From Dehalococcoidia bacterium (GTDB lineage Bacteria > Chloroflexota > Dehalococcoidia > Plut-88900): a stretch of DNA of 64,000 bases. The translations under genes and the position numbers were made by a program. The notes under the pieces are model-generated. The model searched no databases. It saw only the letters and a list, made by a program, of their open reading frames with translations, and was not told the DNA's origin. This document shows positions 1-11,237 of this stretch, in pieces. The stretch spans positions 352,001 through 416,000 of the forward strand of contig CBDFLQ010000006.1 in assembly GCA_965249275.1 (NCBI GenBank), given 5' to 3'. The first letter of the stretch is position 1, and every line of letters starts with the position of its first letter.

Positions 1-1953
1 GTCGATAGTCTCCGCTTCCAATGACAACCTTGCCCACTCCTCCCAGAGGGAGTCCGTCTCCTCTTTGAGTACGCGGTATTGCTCCCCTGAGGCGGCAATC
101 TGGTCCGGCTCGTCAAACAAGTCGGGATTGGAGAACTTCGCCTCCAACTCCGCCATGCGGGCTTCGTGGTTGGCTAGGGAACAGTTTATTTTCTCAATCA
201 GCCTCGCCAGCCTGCGCGCCTCTTTGCTAAGTGACCGGCGCTGTAGTTCCTCAGCGCTGGTTACCCGACCGTTGCGGTTCCCACTCAACTCCTGTACCAA
301 AGCATCGACATCGGCTCCATTGGCCGTTGAACTGGTGCTTCCCTTGTTGGTTTTAGTTTGCTTTTGATACAGATAGCTGTCGTAGTCCCCAGGGAAAACC
401 GTGGGCTGGCCCCCATCTATTTCTACAATCTTGTTTGCGATCTGCCGCATTAGTGTCCGGTCGTGGGTTATGAAACAGATAGTGCCGTGATAGTCACCAA
501 GAGCGTCCGCGAGAATCTCCCTGGAAGCGATGTCAAGATGATTTGTCGGCTCGTCCATGAGGAGCAGATTGCTTGGCTGTAACAGCAGCTTGGCCAAAGC
601 CACCCGTGCCTTTTCACCACCGGACAGCACGGAAATTGGCTTGAGGACATCGTCACCACTGAACAGGAATCCCCCGAGAGTCGTGCGCAGGTTCTGCTCC
701 GATTCCCCTGGCGCCGACTTCTGCACCTCTTCAATCATCGTGTTGCCCGGATCCAGGAGTTCAAGCACGTGCTGTGCGTAATAAGTAGTGATTACGTTAT
801 GACCGGTTTTTCTCTCCCCGCTGTCAAATGCAATCACGTCTGCCAGTATCTTCAGCATCGTTGTCTTGCCCGCGCCGTTAGGCCCGACCAACGCAACACG
901 GTCTCCGCGCGAAAGTGTCAGGTTAATGTCTTGGTAGACCACGTTTTTGCCGTAAGACTTGCTCAAGTTTCTCAGTGAAATAACCTCGGAACCGCTGCGG
1001 GGGGGCTCCGGGAATGAATATCGGACCTTTTTCGTGGCCCTCGGCAACTCGATGATCTTAATTTTTTCGAGTTGCTTCACACGGCTTTGCACCTGGGTGG
1101 CCTTTCTGGCCTTCGAGCGAAAACGATCGATAAAGCGCATTTGCTTCTGTATCTGGCGTTCCTGCCTCGCTGAGGCCGCCTCCTTGACCTGAAGGGCGCG
1201 CGCTCGTGCAACCAGGTAAGCGTCATAGTTGCCCCTGTGAAGCATCACTTCGTCCAGCTCAATGGCAAGTACCTTGGTTGCGGTCTGGTTCAGAAAAGCA
1301 CGGTCGTGAGATGTGACGAGCACGCCACCCTGGAAAGAGGCTAGATACTTCTCAAACCAGAGGTTTGCATCCAGGTCAAGGTGATTCGTTGGCTCGTCAA
1401 GGAGCAACAGGTTGGGCTTCCTGAACAGTATTCTGGCTAGGCTGGCCCGCATGACCCATCCGCCGCTGAACTCGCTCATAGGCCGCAGAAAGTCGGCCTG
1501 CTTAAAACCAAGGCCCGAGAGCACAGCCTTGGCCTCGTGCTCTCTGTCATTTCCGCCAGCGGCCTCCAACTCCATGTCAAGTTTGCCGAGACGCTCCAGC
1601 AGGTAGCTCTGCTGCACAGGGTCGGCTTCCGATGACAGCACCTCCTGTACAGCGGCTATTTCATCCACCAAAGCGTTCACTTCCGATCCGGCGTCCAACA
1701 CTTCTTTGAGAAGGGGTTTGCCGGTAAACGAATCAGGTTCCTGCTTGAGATAGCCCACGGTAACGTTGCGCTGCCTGGATACGCTTCCTGTGTCCGGGGC
1801 CATTTCGCCCGCCAGGATATCCATGAGCGTGGTCTTACCGGAGCCGTTTGGGCCTATCAGCGCAATACGGTCCCCGGCAGTTAGGTTCAATGTGAGGCCA
1901 CTGAACAGGGTCCTGTCTGAATAGGTCTTGCTGATGTCTGATCCAACTAGCAT
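1..1953 (-). CDS. ABC-F family ATP-binding protein (Uup/YheS-like), 3' end runs off the window
   Basis: Hand translation from ATG at 1953: [41 protein letters not shown]. Contains [19 protein letters not shown], a second Walker A GPNGAGKT and [19 protein letters not shown]. Absent from the ORF track because no stop lies in the window. Confidence 0.92.
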   Translation of the reverse strand, partial: MLVGSDISKTYSDRTLFSGLTLNLTAGDRIALIGPNGSGKTTLMDILAGEMAPDTGSVSRQRNVTVGYLKQEPDSFTGKPLLKEVLDAGSEVNALVDEIAAVQEVLSSEADPVQQSYLLERLGKLDMELEAAGGNDREHEAKAVLSGLGFKQADFLRPMSEFSGGWVMRASLARILFRKPNLLLLDEPTNHLDLDANLWFEKYLASFQGGVLVTSHDRAFLNQTATKVLAIELDEVMLHRGNYDAYLVARARALQVKEAASARQERQIQKQMRFIDRFRSKARKATQVQSRVKQLEKIKIIELPRATKKVRYSFPEPPRSGSEVISLRNLSKSYGKNVVYQDINLTLSRGDRVALVGPNGAGKTTMLKILADVIAFDSGERKTGHNVITTYYAQHVLELLDPGNTMIEEVQKSAPGESEQNLRTTLGGFLFSGDDVLKPISVLSGGEKARVALAKLLLQPSNLLLMDEPTNHLDIASREILADALGDYHGTICFITHDRTLMRQIANKIVEIDGGQPTVFPGDYDSYLYQKQTKTNKGSTSSTANGADVDALVQELSGNRNGRVTSAEELQRRSLSKEARRLARLIEKINCSLANHEARMAELEAKFSNPDLFDEPDQIAASGEQYRVLKEETDSLWEEWARLSLEAETID

Positions 1954-2177
1954 GTCGTTTTGCCTTGTCTATCATCTTAACCGCACGATGCAACTGCAAG
2001 GAGTGGGCACGGGTCTTCATAACAGTTTAAAATAAGTGCTCCTAACTTGACGGTATGCAATTGGAACAGCCGCTTGAACGACTCCCAAAAGAGCCGTTCC
2101 GTGCGACCTTGTCTAGACACCTATCGAATCCAAGGACACTAGAATGCCAACCATGAGAAGAAATCTATGAGCGCGAA

Positions 2178-5100
2178 TTGAAGTCAGCATTAGTCCTCAT
2201 ATCCATCACTCCGATGCTAGTTGTGTTAGTAGCTTGCGGCTCCCAACCCACGCCCACAGCACCTCCCGAACACACAGCCACCACCGAGACAGTAGCGCCA
2301 ACACCCGCTCCTAGTCCTGATCCTACAGCCACTACCGCGCCGGTAGAGCCCACCCCCACCCCAACCCCCGAACCCACAGCTACTCCTGTGCTGGCAGTAC
2401 CTACCCCAACCCCAACCCCAACTCCCGAGTCCACGCCTACTCCAGCCCCCATGCCCACCGCTCCGGTCGAGCCGGAAATTGAGGTTGAGGAACCCCTGGA
2501 CTTCGACCCCCTGGTGGTCCGCGGCACTCTTCCCAACGGCCTGAGCTACTACATCAGACACAACGAAGAGCCGCGCGGCCGCGCCCAAATAGCGCTGGCG
2601 GTAAAGGCCGGTTCGGTGCATGAGGAGGAGAATCAGCGCGGGCTAGCTCACTTAGTAGAGCACATGGCATTCAACGGCACTGAGCGCTTCGCCAAGCAAG
2701 AAATAATCGAATACATCGAGTCCATCGGCAGTACCTTTGGCCCCGACCTTAACGCCTACACCGGTTTCGACGAAACCTTGTATTTTCTGGAGATTCCGAC
2801 AGGCGATCCCGAAATCACCGAAAACGCTTTCCATATCCTAAGTGACTGGGCTTATGCAATAAGCTTCGACCCGGAGGAAGTTGAGCTGGAGCGTGGTGTA
2901 GTTTTGGAAGAGTGGCGTTTGAGCCAAGGATTCAACTCCCGCCTCCAGGATAACTTGCTCTCACTGCTCTTCGGGTCCTCGCGCTACGCCGACCGGGCCC
3001 CTATAGGGCTCACGGACATCATTGAAAACGCTCCGGTAGAGCGCCTGATCGAATACTACGAGCGTTGGTACAGGCCCGACCTCTTGGCCGTCGTCGCCGT
3101 GGGTGACTTCGATATTGAGGACATGGAGGCCAAGGTAAAGCAGCACTTCGCACCGTCTCCCGAAGGCGAGGCTTACCAGGAGCGCGCTGCCGTCGCACCT
3201 TCCACCGAAAGGCCGACTTTCGATGTACCAAGCTACGACGAGACACGTATCGAGGTCTTTACCGATGCTGAATCCCCCGGCTCCCAGTTCATCCTCATCC
3301 GAAACCTCACTCCCGACAAGGGTCAAGACTTGTCGGCATTCCGGCGCTATGTCGTGGAAAGCCTTGCCTTCATGATGCTCAACGCCCGACTTTTCGAGCG
3401 TAGTCAGTCCGCCGATCCACCCTATCTGTGGGCCGGAAGTGGACGTTCAGCATATGTAGAAACCCTGGACATCCTGACGTTCCAGGCATGGGTGGAACCC
3501 GATGGCATCGAAACTGGTCTGGGCGCGGTACTGGAGGAAATGCAGCGCGTTCGACAGCATGGCTTTACGGAAAGCGAACTGGCCCGAGAAAAAAGCAACC
3601 TGCTCAGCTCGGTGGAGAGCGCGTACAAGCAACGGGAACAGACATCTTCGGGTACCCTCGTCGACGAATACGTAGACCACTTTTTCAGCGGAACGCCCGT
3701 TCCCGGCATAGAAACTGAATGGGAGCTGTATCAGGAGCTGCTTCCACAGATCTCCTTGGCGGAGTTCGGCGAAGTGGCCGAATCCTGGACTCAGTCCGGT
3801 AACACGGGTCTTCTTGTCGTTCGTCCCGAAGAAACTGAAGCCAACTCGGATGCGGACTTGGCAGTAGACACGCTGGCTCAAATCGAGGGAGCCCCTGCAC
3901 TGACGGTCGACCCTTACGCAGATGACGTAGGAGATGTTCCCCTGCTGGCAACTATCCCGACCCCGGGAAGCATCACAGCCGAAGAGCAAATCGAGTCTAT
4001 CGACGCCGTTAAGTGGACGCTGTCCAACGGCATTACCGTAATAGCCAAACAGACCGACTTCAAAAACGACGAGGTCGTATTCAGGGCCTTCAGCCCAGGC
4101 GGGCACTCCCTCGTGTCCGATGATGACCACGTGTCCGCTACCTACGCCGCACAATTGGTTTCCGGAAGCGGCGTAGGCCCGCACGACAATGTGACTCTGG
4201 ACAAGCTGCTAGCCGGCCAGAGGGTCTCAGTATCTCCATATATAGAGGAGTTGTTTGAAGGCTTTAGTGGCAGTGGCTCACCGGAGGACATGGAGACCCT
4301 GTTCCAACTAATCACGTTGTATGCAACCGAACCTCGGCTGGATCCGGCTTTTTTCTCGAATTACGAGTCGAGGCTGCGCAGCGTCGCCGAGATCAACGCC
4401 GCCGAACCGGACTCAGTCCTCTTCGACACCGTAAACGCCCTGCTGGCCCAGAACCACTTCCGTGCCCGCCCTCTTTCAGTAGAGCTGCTTGAAGAGCTGA
4501 GCATGGAGCGGGCCGAGGCCGTCTACGCCGACCGGTTCGCAGACTTGAGCGATTCAACCTTCGTCTTTGTGGGCGCCTTCGACTGGGATGATCTGCGCTC
4601 GTTGACTGCTACCTACCTGGCCAGCTTGCCAAGCACAGGTCGGGCCGAACAGTGGCAAGACCACGGGATTGACCCGCCGCCGGGTCTGGTAGACCACGCT
4701 GTTTACAGTGGGACTGAGCCCCGCAGCAACACGTTAGTGCTTTTCGCCGGAGATATGGAGTGGAGCCGCCAGGAGGCCCTTACTCTTAACGTGGTCGGCG
4801 AGGTGCTCGGGATCCGATTGCGGGAACGAGTCCGCGAACAGTTGGGCGGCACGTACAGCATTGGTGTAAGCGCAAGTGGCTCCAGTCTCCCAGACCAGGA
4901 GTACCTCGCCTACGTCATCTTTGGCAGCGATCCCACACGCGTCGAAGAGCTTTTCGGCGAGGTGATTACTGAAGTGGACTGGCTGCGCGATGGGGGTGAA
5001 CAGAGTTACCTGGACACGGTCAAGGAGCTCTTGAGCACCTCTCGGGAGGAGCAGTTGCGGGACAACGGGTTCTGGCTTGGCCAGATCCAGTCAGCAACTC

Positions 5101-5243
5101 AGCGGGGAGAATCGTTCTCGGAAATCACCGGTTTCGACGAACGGCTGGAGGCATTGACTCTAGATGAGGTCGCGGACGCAGCCCAGCGCTACCTCACTAC
5201 GGATCGCTACCTGCGCGTGGTGCTGTTCCCCGTAGAGGAATAG
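2178..5243 (+). CDS. M16 (insulinase/PqqL-like) zinc protease, probable lipoprotein with Pro/Thr-rich linker
   Basis: HLVEH inverted zinc motif followed by MAFNGT; RGTLPNGL and WTLSNGITV repeats; lipobox LVAC; PT-rich stretch. Start codon uncertain (TTG 2178 or ATG 2214). Confidence 0.92.
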   Translation: MKSALVLISITPMLVVLVACGSQPTPTAPPEHTATTETVAPTPAPSPDPTATTAPVEPTPTPTPEPTATPVLAVPTPTPTPTPESTPTPAPMPTAPVEPEIEVEEPLDFDPLVVRGTLPNGLSYYIRHNEEPRGRAQIALAVKAGSVHEEENQRGLAHLVEHMAFNGTERFAKQEIIEYIESIGSTFGPDLNAYTGFDETLYFLEIPTGDPEITENAFHILSDWAYAISFDPEEVELERGVVLEEWRLSQGFNSRLQDNLLSLLFGSSRYADRAPIGLTDIIENAPVERLIEYYERWYRPDLLAVVAVGDFDIEDMEAKVKQHFAPSPEGEAYQERAAVAPSTERPTFDVPSYDETRIEVFTDAESPGSQFILIRNLTPDKGQDLSAFRRYVVESLAFMMLNARLFERSQSADPPYLWAGSGRSAYVETLDILTFQAWVEPDGIETGLGAVLEEMQRVRQHGFTESELAREKSNLLSSVESAYKQREQTSSGTLVDEYVDHFFSGTPVPGIETEWELYQELLPQISLAEFGEVAESWTQSGNTGLLVVRPEETEANSDADLAVDTLAQIEGAPALTVDPYADDVGDVPLLATIPTPGSITAEEQIESIDAVKWTLSNGITVIAKQTDFKNDEVVFRAFSPGGHSLVSDDDHVSATYAAQLVSGSGVGPHDNVTLDKLLAGQRVSVSPYIEELFEGFSGSGSPEDMETLFQLITLYATEPRLDPAFFSNYESRLRSVAEINAAEPDSVLFDTVNALLAQNHFRARPLSVELLEELSMERAEAVYADRFADLSDSTFVFVGAFDWDDLRSLTATYLASLPSTGRAEQWQDHGIDPPPGLVDHAVYSGTEPRSNTLVLFAGDMEWSRQEALTLNVVGEVLGIRLRERVREQLGGTYSIGVSASGSSLPDQEYLAYVIFGSDPTRVEELFGEVITEVDWLRDGGEQSYLDTVKELLSTSREEQLRDNGFWLGQIQSATQRGESFSEITGFDERLEALTLDEVADAAQRYLTTDRYLRVVLFPVEE

Positions 5244-5435
5244 CAGCCCAAGAAATCTGCCAGGCCGTCCTCCAATACAATAGCTCCCCATGTTCAGCCA
5301 AGGTATGAACCCAATTGGAGGCGCGTATGCCCCGATCTGAGCGTCCCCCGCAGCCAAGGGGGTGAAGCATGGTGCTTAGTACAATCAAAGTATATCCTGT
5401 CTACATCTTGGAAACTATGTTGCACGGAGGCTGCT

Positions 5436-6473
5436 ATGAAGTTGGACTTTAGCGTCGGCCTGGGCCGTACCGAATCGGTCCACGAGATAGGGGAGTATGC
5501 AAGGTTTGCCGAGGACAGTGGGTTCAAACAACTGACCCTTATAGACATGCCCTTCGTCGGTCGCGACGTACATACTTTGATGGCCCTCTCCGCTCAGAGC
5601 ACCAGATCAATCCTCATAGGGCATGGGGTAACCACTCCGATAACCTTCCATCCAATGTCAATAGCCAACGCCACCGCCAGCATTAACGAACTGTCCGGGG
5701 GCCGTGCCTTTGTTGGCCTGGGAGTTGGTGGGCCTTTTGAAACTGTCCTGAAGCGGCCTGCTCCCGTCAAGGAAATGCGTGAAGCGGTGAACTTCATTCG
5801 GAAGTTCATGTCTGGGGAGGAAGCGGAATACCGAGGAGCGAAAGCCCACTCGGAGTGGATTCGAGACCCGGTGCCCATCTACTTGGCAGCGGAGCGCCCG
5901 AGGATGTTGCAGCTTGCCGGAGAAATCGCCGACGGGGTGATTTCCATCGGGACCAATCCGGAATGGGTCAGGTGGAAGATGGCGCAAGTTGAGAAGGGGG
6001 CGCTCAGGGTCGGCAGGGATCCTGCGGAGGTAGAATTCTGGGTCCGCACCATGATCTACGTTGCCGACAACAAAGAGGACGCCCGAGAGGAGGTGGCTCC
6101 TTATCCCCTTGCCTACGGCCACCTTCATACGCTTTTCGAACAAGATACCCCCGAGGTCAACGAGCTACGCCAAGGACTGGAACGGGCAAATCCGGGACTG
6201 ATAGAGGAACTTGCCTCCGATTCTAAACGAGTCGCCGACGCTTATGAGCCCTATGGAGTCGAGCGTCTCGATGCGCCTTGGGCGAAACATGTCACTGCTA
6301 CCCTGATTGATTACTTTCATCTGACCGGTAAACCGGACGACATCAATGAACGGATATCCGTTTTAGGGGAGATGGGAGTAAAGAACATCTCCACTGTGAT
6401 GTTCACAATCCTGGACAAGAAGGGAATGATGCGGTCAATTAGAGACGAGATCATGCCTCACTTCCAAGCCTAG
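5436..6473 (+). CDS. LLM-class flavin/F420-dependent oxidoreductase (Mer-like)
   Basis: AEDSGF, GVTTP..HP..IANATASINELSGGRAFVGLGVG, PVPIYLAAERPRMLQLAGEIADG; GGAGG RBS. Confidence 0.88.
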   Translation: MKLDFSVGLGRTESVHEIGEYARFAEDSGFKQLTLIDMPFVGRDVHTLMALSAQSTRSILIGHGVTTPITFHPMSIANATASINELSGGRAFVGLGVGGPFETVLKRPAPVKEMREAVNFIRKFMSGEEAEYRGAKAHSEWIRDPVPIYLAAERPRMLQLAGEIADGVISIGTNPEWVRWKMAQVEKGALRVGRDPAEVEFWVRTMIYVADNKEDAREEVAPYPLAYGHLHTLFEQDTPEVNELRQGLERANPGLIEELASDSKRVADAYEPYGVERLDAPWAKHVTATLIDYFHLTGKPDDINERISVLGEMGVKNISTVMFTILDKKGMMRSIRDEIMPHFQA

Positions 6474-6744
6474 AATTATTCCGGGAGACATTCCCAGCCC
6501 GCCAGTCAACGCACACTGTAGACAGAACCGCGCCACTGGGACTGAATTCCACAAGTGCATTGCCTCCAATGAGGCTGCCACTTGGATATCTGAAAATCCC
6601 CGGCCTCTTGATGGCCTGAAGTGCACAGCAAGAATCCCGACAGGTTAAAAGCCTACTGTTGACTGTGCCGCTTGCCGAAATCTAACATGACCCTATCCAA
6701 AATCGGCGCCACGCTAACAAGCGCGGACTTTCAGGAGGAACGCA

Positions 6745-7908
6745 ATGACGGCAGTGAGTAGCGGTTCAATTCCTATGACTGACCCTCCCTTCTCTCGAGA
6801 AGAATACCAACGACGCCATAGCGCGGTGATGGCAAAACTTGAGTCGCAGGGGATGGATGCGATTGCCGTGACGGCTTACAGTCACCAGGAATATCTCTCC
6901 GGTTATGATGGTGCCGGCGGATACTTCGCCCCCTTCCCTTTAATACTGGCCCCCGGCCATCCGCCTACATATGTGGTCCGCGAATACGATGAAGATGCCG
7001 TCAGGACCGAGAGCTGTATTACGGAAGTTGTACCCTACACTCAGGAGGGTGACCAGGCAAAGGCGGTCGCCGACGTGCTTCGAAGATTCGGGCTGGAGGA
7101 AGGTAGGCTCGGGATTGAGTTGGGTTGCTGGAACCTCGCCCCGAGGGACGTGGCCGCGCTGCAGTCTGAGCTCCCCAATCTCAAGATCGTCGATGCCACA
7201 GGGGTTGTGGCTTCTGCATCCGCCGTAAAAAGCGATGTGGAAATTGCAACCATGCGCAAAGCCATGGGTTTCACCCGATTAGCCATCGAGACAATGAACG
7301 CATCACTTCGAGAAGGCATCACCGAACACGAGGTTGCCCAGGCAATCACTGCCGCCGTGGAAAACGCCGGTGGTGAGATACGTCCCTTCACCCTGCTGTT
7401 TGGACCCCGAACGGCCCTGCCCCACGGCCTCCCGACCTCCTACGCTCTTCAACGAGACCAGCCGGTGTTTACAGAGCTGGGCGGCTGGGCCAACGGTTAC
7501 GCCGGCAGTATCTGCCGCTCGGCGTTGCTGGGTAGCCACCCGAGTGTAGAGTCACTCCACTCCCTTGCCGAGGAAGCGCTGCAAGCGGCAATCGACGCCA
7601 TACATCCCGGCGCGAAAACGGGAGACGTCGACGCCGCCTGCCGAGCCGTCATCGAAAGATCGGGACGCCCCGAAGTCTTTCGCCACCGCACCGGGTACCA
7701 GAACGGTATTATGTGGTCGGATAGAGGAAACTTGAGCCTGGAACCCGACTCTAAGGATGTGCTGGATCCTGGCATGACTTTCCACATGCCTATTATCCTT
7801 TTCGAATCAGGCCGCTACGGAGTCGGATTGAGTGAGACCGTTCTCGTAACTGATCAAGGTTGCGAAGTCCTAAGCGGACTGCCCCGTGCGATTCATAAAG
7901 TGGAGTAG
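6745..7908 (+). CDS. M24 family Xaa-Pro peptidase / creatinase / ectoine-hydrolase-like
   Basis: N-terminal FSREEYQRR, VKSDVEI, PHG, HRTGY, GMTFH, GLSETVLVT. Confidence 0.85.
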   Translation: MTAVSSGSIPMTDPPFSREEYQRRHSAVMAKLESQGMDAIAVTAYSHQEYLSGYDGAGGYFAPFPLILAPGHPPTYVVREYDEDAVRTESCITEVVPYTQEGDQAKAVADVLRRFGLEEGRLGIELGCWNLAPRDVAALQSELPNLKIVDATGVVASASAVKSDVEIATMRKAMGFTRLAIETMNASLREGITEHEVAQAITAAVENAGGEIRPFTLLFGPRTALPHGLPTSYALQRDQPVFTELGGWANGYAGSICRSALLGSHPSVESLHSLAEEALQAAIDAIHPGAKTGDVDAACRAVIERSGRPEVFRHRTGYQNGIMWSDRGNLSLEPDSKDVLDPGMTFHMPIILFESGRYGVGLSETVLVTDQGCEVLSGLPRAIHKVE

Positions 7909-8705
7909 TCAAGCCGGTCAAAGGTGTCCATATGCAATGATTCGGTATGGGCAATCTTCCCCCGAACCGTCCGTCACCGGACCCGTGTCACTCGAACTGC
8001 GAAGTTGCTGACATCAGGAGCGCCGACACGCGCTGCATCAATGACGGTTGCGAGTACCCTCCCCACAGCACTCGCCGTCCACTCAGGCAGCATGACCGAC
8101 ACCCCTAGACCCGAGTGTGCAGGGGAGATGGAGCGGTGGGGCCATTCGAACGGTGCCTTGATAGAGCACTGCTCAAGCACGGCTGCTACCGGTCCGAACT
8201 CGAACAATCCGGTATTCCTCCACCGGAGATTCGCGACCAACATCCCCTACGCCATCCCGGCTGACGAGAAGCGGCAACGTGCAACGGGAGACGCGAAGTA
8301 CGAGCGCTACGTGGCATGGATGCAGGACCTGTAGATCCGACTGCATAGATCCAACACGTACAAGTTTAATTTGCTGAGACGCAAAAGGAGACTACCCGAA
8401 CAAAAACGGAGAGCCTCCCTTAGCATTCATCATCCAAAACTCTGTATTATTAGTCCCGAACCAAGAATTCGAAGGGAATTCCCTTTTAGCTGCGTCATCT
8501 ACAATACTAGTCCAGCGCCAAGGTGACATTTAAGACCGCATCGTGTAAAGCTAGACAACTAAGACAGGAGACCGACAGATCAGCCAAATGGCTCCAACTA
8601 CAAATTATCACGCCATCTATAATTAGGAACTCTATCAATGGAGATAGGCAGTTTTCCATTATTGATATGAGATACCCTACAGAGGGCAGATAGAGGGAGG
8701 AACGA

Positions 8706-9872
8706 ATGGATTACAAAGTGATATCGGCAGACACCCATCTGGACGTTGCATGGCTTCCGGGTGACCTCTTCACAAACAACGCCCCGGCACACCTCAAGGA
8801 CAAAATGCCATATGTGGCCGACCAAAAAAACGGCGGCAAGGCATGGGAAATCGAGGGAGAGTATATGTGCGGCGCCGGTGTCGGAGGAAATCTGACGAAG
8901 GATTTCGCAGCCTACGTACCTGGTCAGTCCCATCATCTTGACCGTATGGCTGAAGTGGGCTTCTTTGACGGCATAGCGAACGGCATCTACCACCCCTCGG
9001 ATGCACAGCTGCGCATCAAAGACCAGGACATCGACGGTGTAGACGCCGAGGTGATGTACGGCATTCTGGGCATAGGTGGAGGCGGATTCTCGGGGCCCGG
9101 ATTCAAGGATGTTGAGGTTACAACCGCCATCTATGATGCCTACAACGAATGGGTGTCCGACTTTGTCCGACCCCACTCCGATCGCATCGCCGCCCTCGGT
9201 TGCCTCAGCAGCCACGATCCCGAAGTAGCAGCCCGACAGGTGAGACGCTGCGCCGAACTGGGGCTAAGGGGCGCAGAAATCAACGCTGGCAAGATGCCTA
9301 ACCCCGCATATCACAAGGACTGGGAGCCTTTGTGGGAGGCCGCGTCGGAGACCCGTATGCCAGTATCTTTCCATACGTTGGGCTATCCCCATAGGACGCC
9401 TTCACCTGCCGACCAGAAAGATTACGGGTGGCTGAGCATGGGTCTTGGCTTCATCATGTTCCAGCTCTCGGGCATCGAATTCCTTGTAAGTATGGTTCTG
9501 TCCGGGGCCTGCGAGCGCAATCCGAACTTCCAATTCGTGCTCGGGGAGTGTGGAATCGGATGGATCCCCTACGTAATCGAAAGGACCGATTCAAAATACG
9601 ATGACCGTCTGTTCCACCTGGGTTTCAACATGAAGCCTAGCGAGTACTGGCAGAGACAGGGCTACTCAACCTTCCAGCAGGAATACGTCTCAACCGATGA
9701 GATTGAGCGGATCGGCATCAACAACATAATGTGGGGTTCGGACTATCCCCACCCCGACGGCGTGTTCCCCGATTCGGCCAAGGCTATCGCAGAGGGCATG
9801 GGACACTTGGACGACGCAGTTCGGCAGAAGCTGATATGTGAAAACGCCTCGAGAGTGTACCGATTCAACTAG
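8706..9872 (+). CDS. Amidohydrolase_2 family protein
   Basis: ISADTH, DIDGVDAEVMY, PVSFH, ECGIGWIP, MWGSDYPHPD. Confidence 0.9.
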   Translation: MDYKVISADTHLDVAWLPGDLFTNNAPAHLKDKMPYVADQKNGGKAWEIEGEYMCGAGVGGNLTKDFAAYVPGQSHHLDRMAEVGFFDGIANGIYHPSDAQLRIKDQDIDGVDAEVMYGILGIGGGGFSGPGFKDVEVTTAIYDAYNEWVSDFVRPHSDRIAALGCLSSHDPEVAARQVRRCAELGLRGAEINAGKMPNPAYHKDWEPLWEAASETRMPVSFHTLGYPHRTPSPADQKDYGWLSMGLGFIMFQLSGIEFLVSMVLSGACERNPNFQFVLGECGIGWIPYVIERTDSKYDDRLFHLGFNMKPSEYWQRQGYSTFQQEYVSTDEIERIGINNIMWGSDYPHPDGVFPDSAKAIAEGMGHLDDAVRQKLICENASRVYRFN

Positions 9873-9907
9873 AGGGTGATCCGCTTAGCAAACAGTAGGA
9901 GAGGGAC

Positions 9908-11062
9908 ATGAAATACAATCTGATTTCCGCCGACACCCACATGGATCTGGTGTATATGCCGCCAGAGATGTTCGTAGAGAATGCTCCCTCTGAACTCAGG
10001 GATAAGATGCCCCGGGTAGAGGACACGGAAGAAGGTCCTTACTGGATGTTGGAAGGCAAAAAAGTTGTGCCCTCTGGCAGCGGTGGCCTGACCAGTGGCC
10101 ACTACCAGGAAGGGGAAGCCAAACATCTGGACCGGATGGCCGAAGTCGGGTTCTTCGATAGTATGGCTCACGGAGTCTATCATCCCAGCGATCCCGACCT
10201 ACGTGTGAGGGACTTGGACATAGACGGCGTGGATGCCGAGATCATGTACGGCATCCTTGAGATCGGTGCCGGTGGCCGGCTTGGCCCCGAGGTCGAAGAC
10301 GCAGCGATTCTTAACTCCACCTATCAAGTCTACAACCAGTGGGTTGCCGATTTCGTCGGTAAGAATCCCACGCGGATGAACGCACTCGCTTGCCTGACTC
10401 ACCGAGACCCTCAGACCGCCGCCGACCAGCTTCGCCAGGCAGCAGAGTTGGGCCTAAGAGGCGCGGAGATCCTCGTACCTCAGATGAACAAGCCTCTGTA
10501 TCACAAGGACTGGGATATATTGTGGCAAACCTCTGCCGAGTGCCAAATACCAATCTCCTTCCATACCGTGGGTGGCAGCTTCGCCAGACCGCAGCCGAAG
10601 GAAGAAGCGGAATACCGATACGTGGTCAGGGGGTTGGGGGAAGCCCTGTTCCAGATCACCGGCTCAGAGTTCCTGATCAGTGTCATACTTTCCGGGGCTT
10701 GCCAAAGATTCCCGGACTTCAACTGGGTGCTGGGCGAATGCGGTATCGGATGGATACCCTACATCGTTGAGAGGACAGACATCGAGTACGCCGACAGGTT
10801 GTTCCAACTCGGCCTCGAGATGAAACCGAGCGAGTACTGGCGTCGACAGGGACATTCCACCTTCCAGGAGGAATACGTCTCGATGGACGAGATTGAGAGA
10901 ATTGGTATAGACAGCATTATGTGGGGCTCCGACTACCCTCATCCCGACGGCGTGTTCCCCGACTCCAAGACGGTCATCCAGAATAACCTGGGACACCTCC
11001 CCAAGGACGTGATACAGCAGATAACCTGCGCTAACGCCGCCAAGGTGTACCGGTTCAATTGA
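9908..11062 (+). CDS. Amidohydrolase_2 family protein, tandem paralogue of the upstream gene
   Basis: Same motifs; shares HLDRMAEVGFFD and MWGSDYPHPDGVFPDS with 8706-9872. Confidence 0.9.
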   Translation: MKYNLISADTHMDLVYMPPEMFVENAPSELRDKMPRVEDTEEGPYWMLEGKKVVPSGSGGLTSGHYQEGEAKHLDRMAEVGFFDSMAHGVYHPSDPDLRVRDLDIDGVDAEIMYGILEIGAGGRLGPEVEDAAILNSTYQVYNQWVADFVGKNPTRMNALACLTHRDPQTAADQLRQAAELGLRGAEILVPQMNKPLYHKDWDILWQTSAECQIPISFHTVGGSFARPQPKEEAEYRYVVRGLGEALFQITGSEFLISVILSGACQRFPDFNWVLGECGIGWIPYIVERTDIEYADRLFQLGLEMKPSEYWRRQGHSTFQEEYVSMDEIERIGIDSIMWGSDYPHPDGVFPDSKTVIQNNLGHLPKDVIQQITCANAAKVYRFN

Positions 11063-11237
11063 TCTGATTGCTGAATCGCCGTGCCCCTTTTGACCTGCGC
11101 TTGGACACGTAAGCGTATCGACCTCTTCGATGAGGGCAAAATTGGCGCTGAGGCCGACCCGGTTTCGAATTTACCTTATGAAACCCTCATTCAGGGCAAC
11201 GGGCGCAAGTTGCTAGCGAAATGGAGAAGTTGACCAG

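Noticed and set aside
7924-8334. 136-aa ORF between the M24 and amidohydrolase genes
   Set aside because: No RBS or recognisable motif; may be a gene remnant but I cannot support a call
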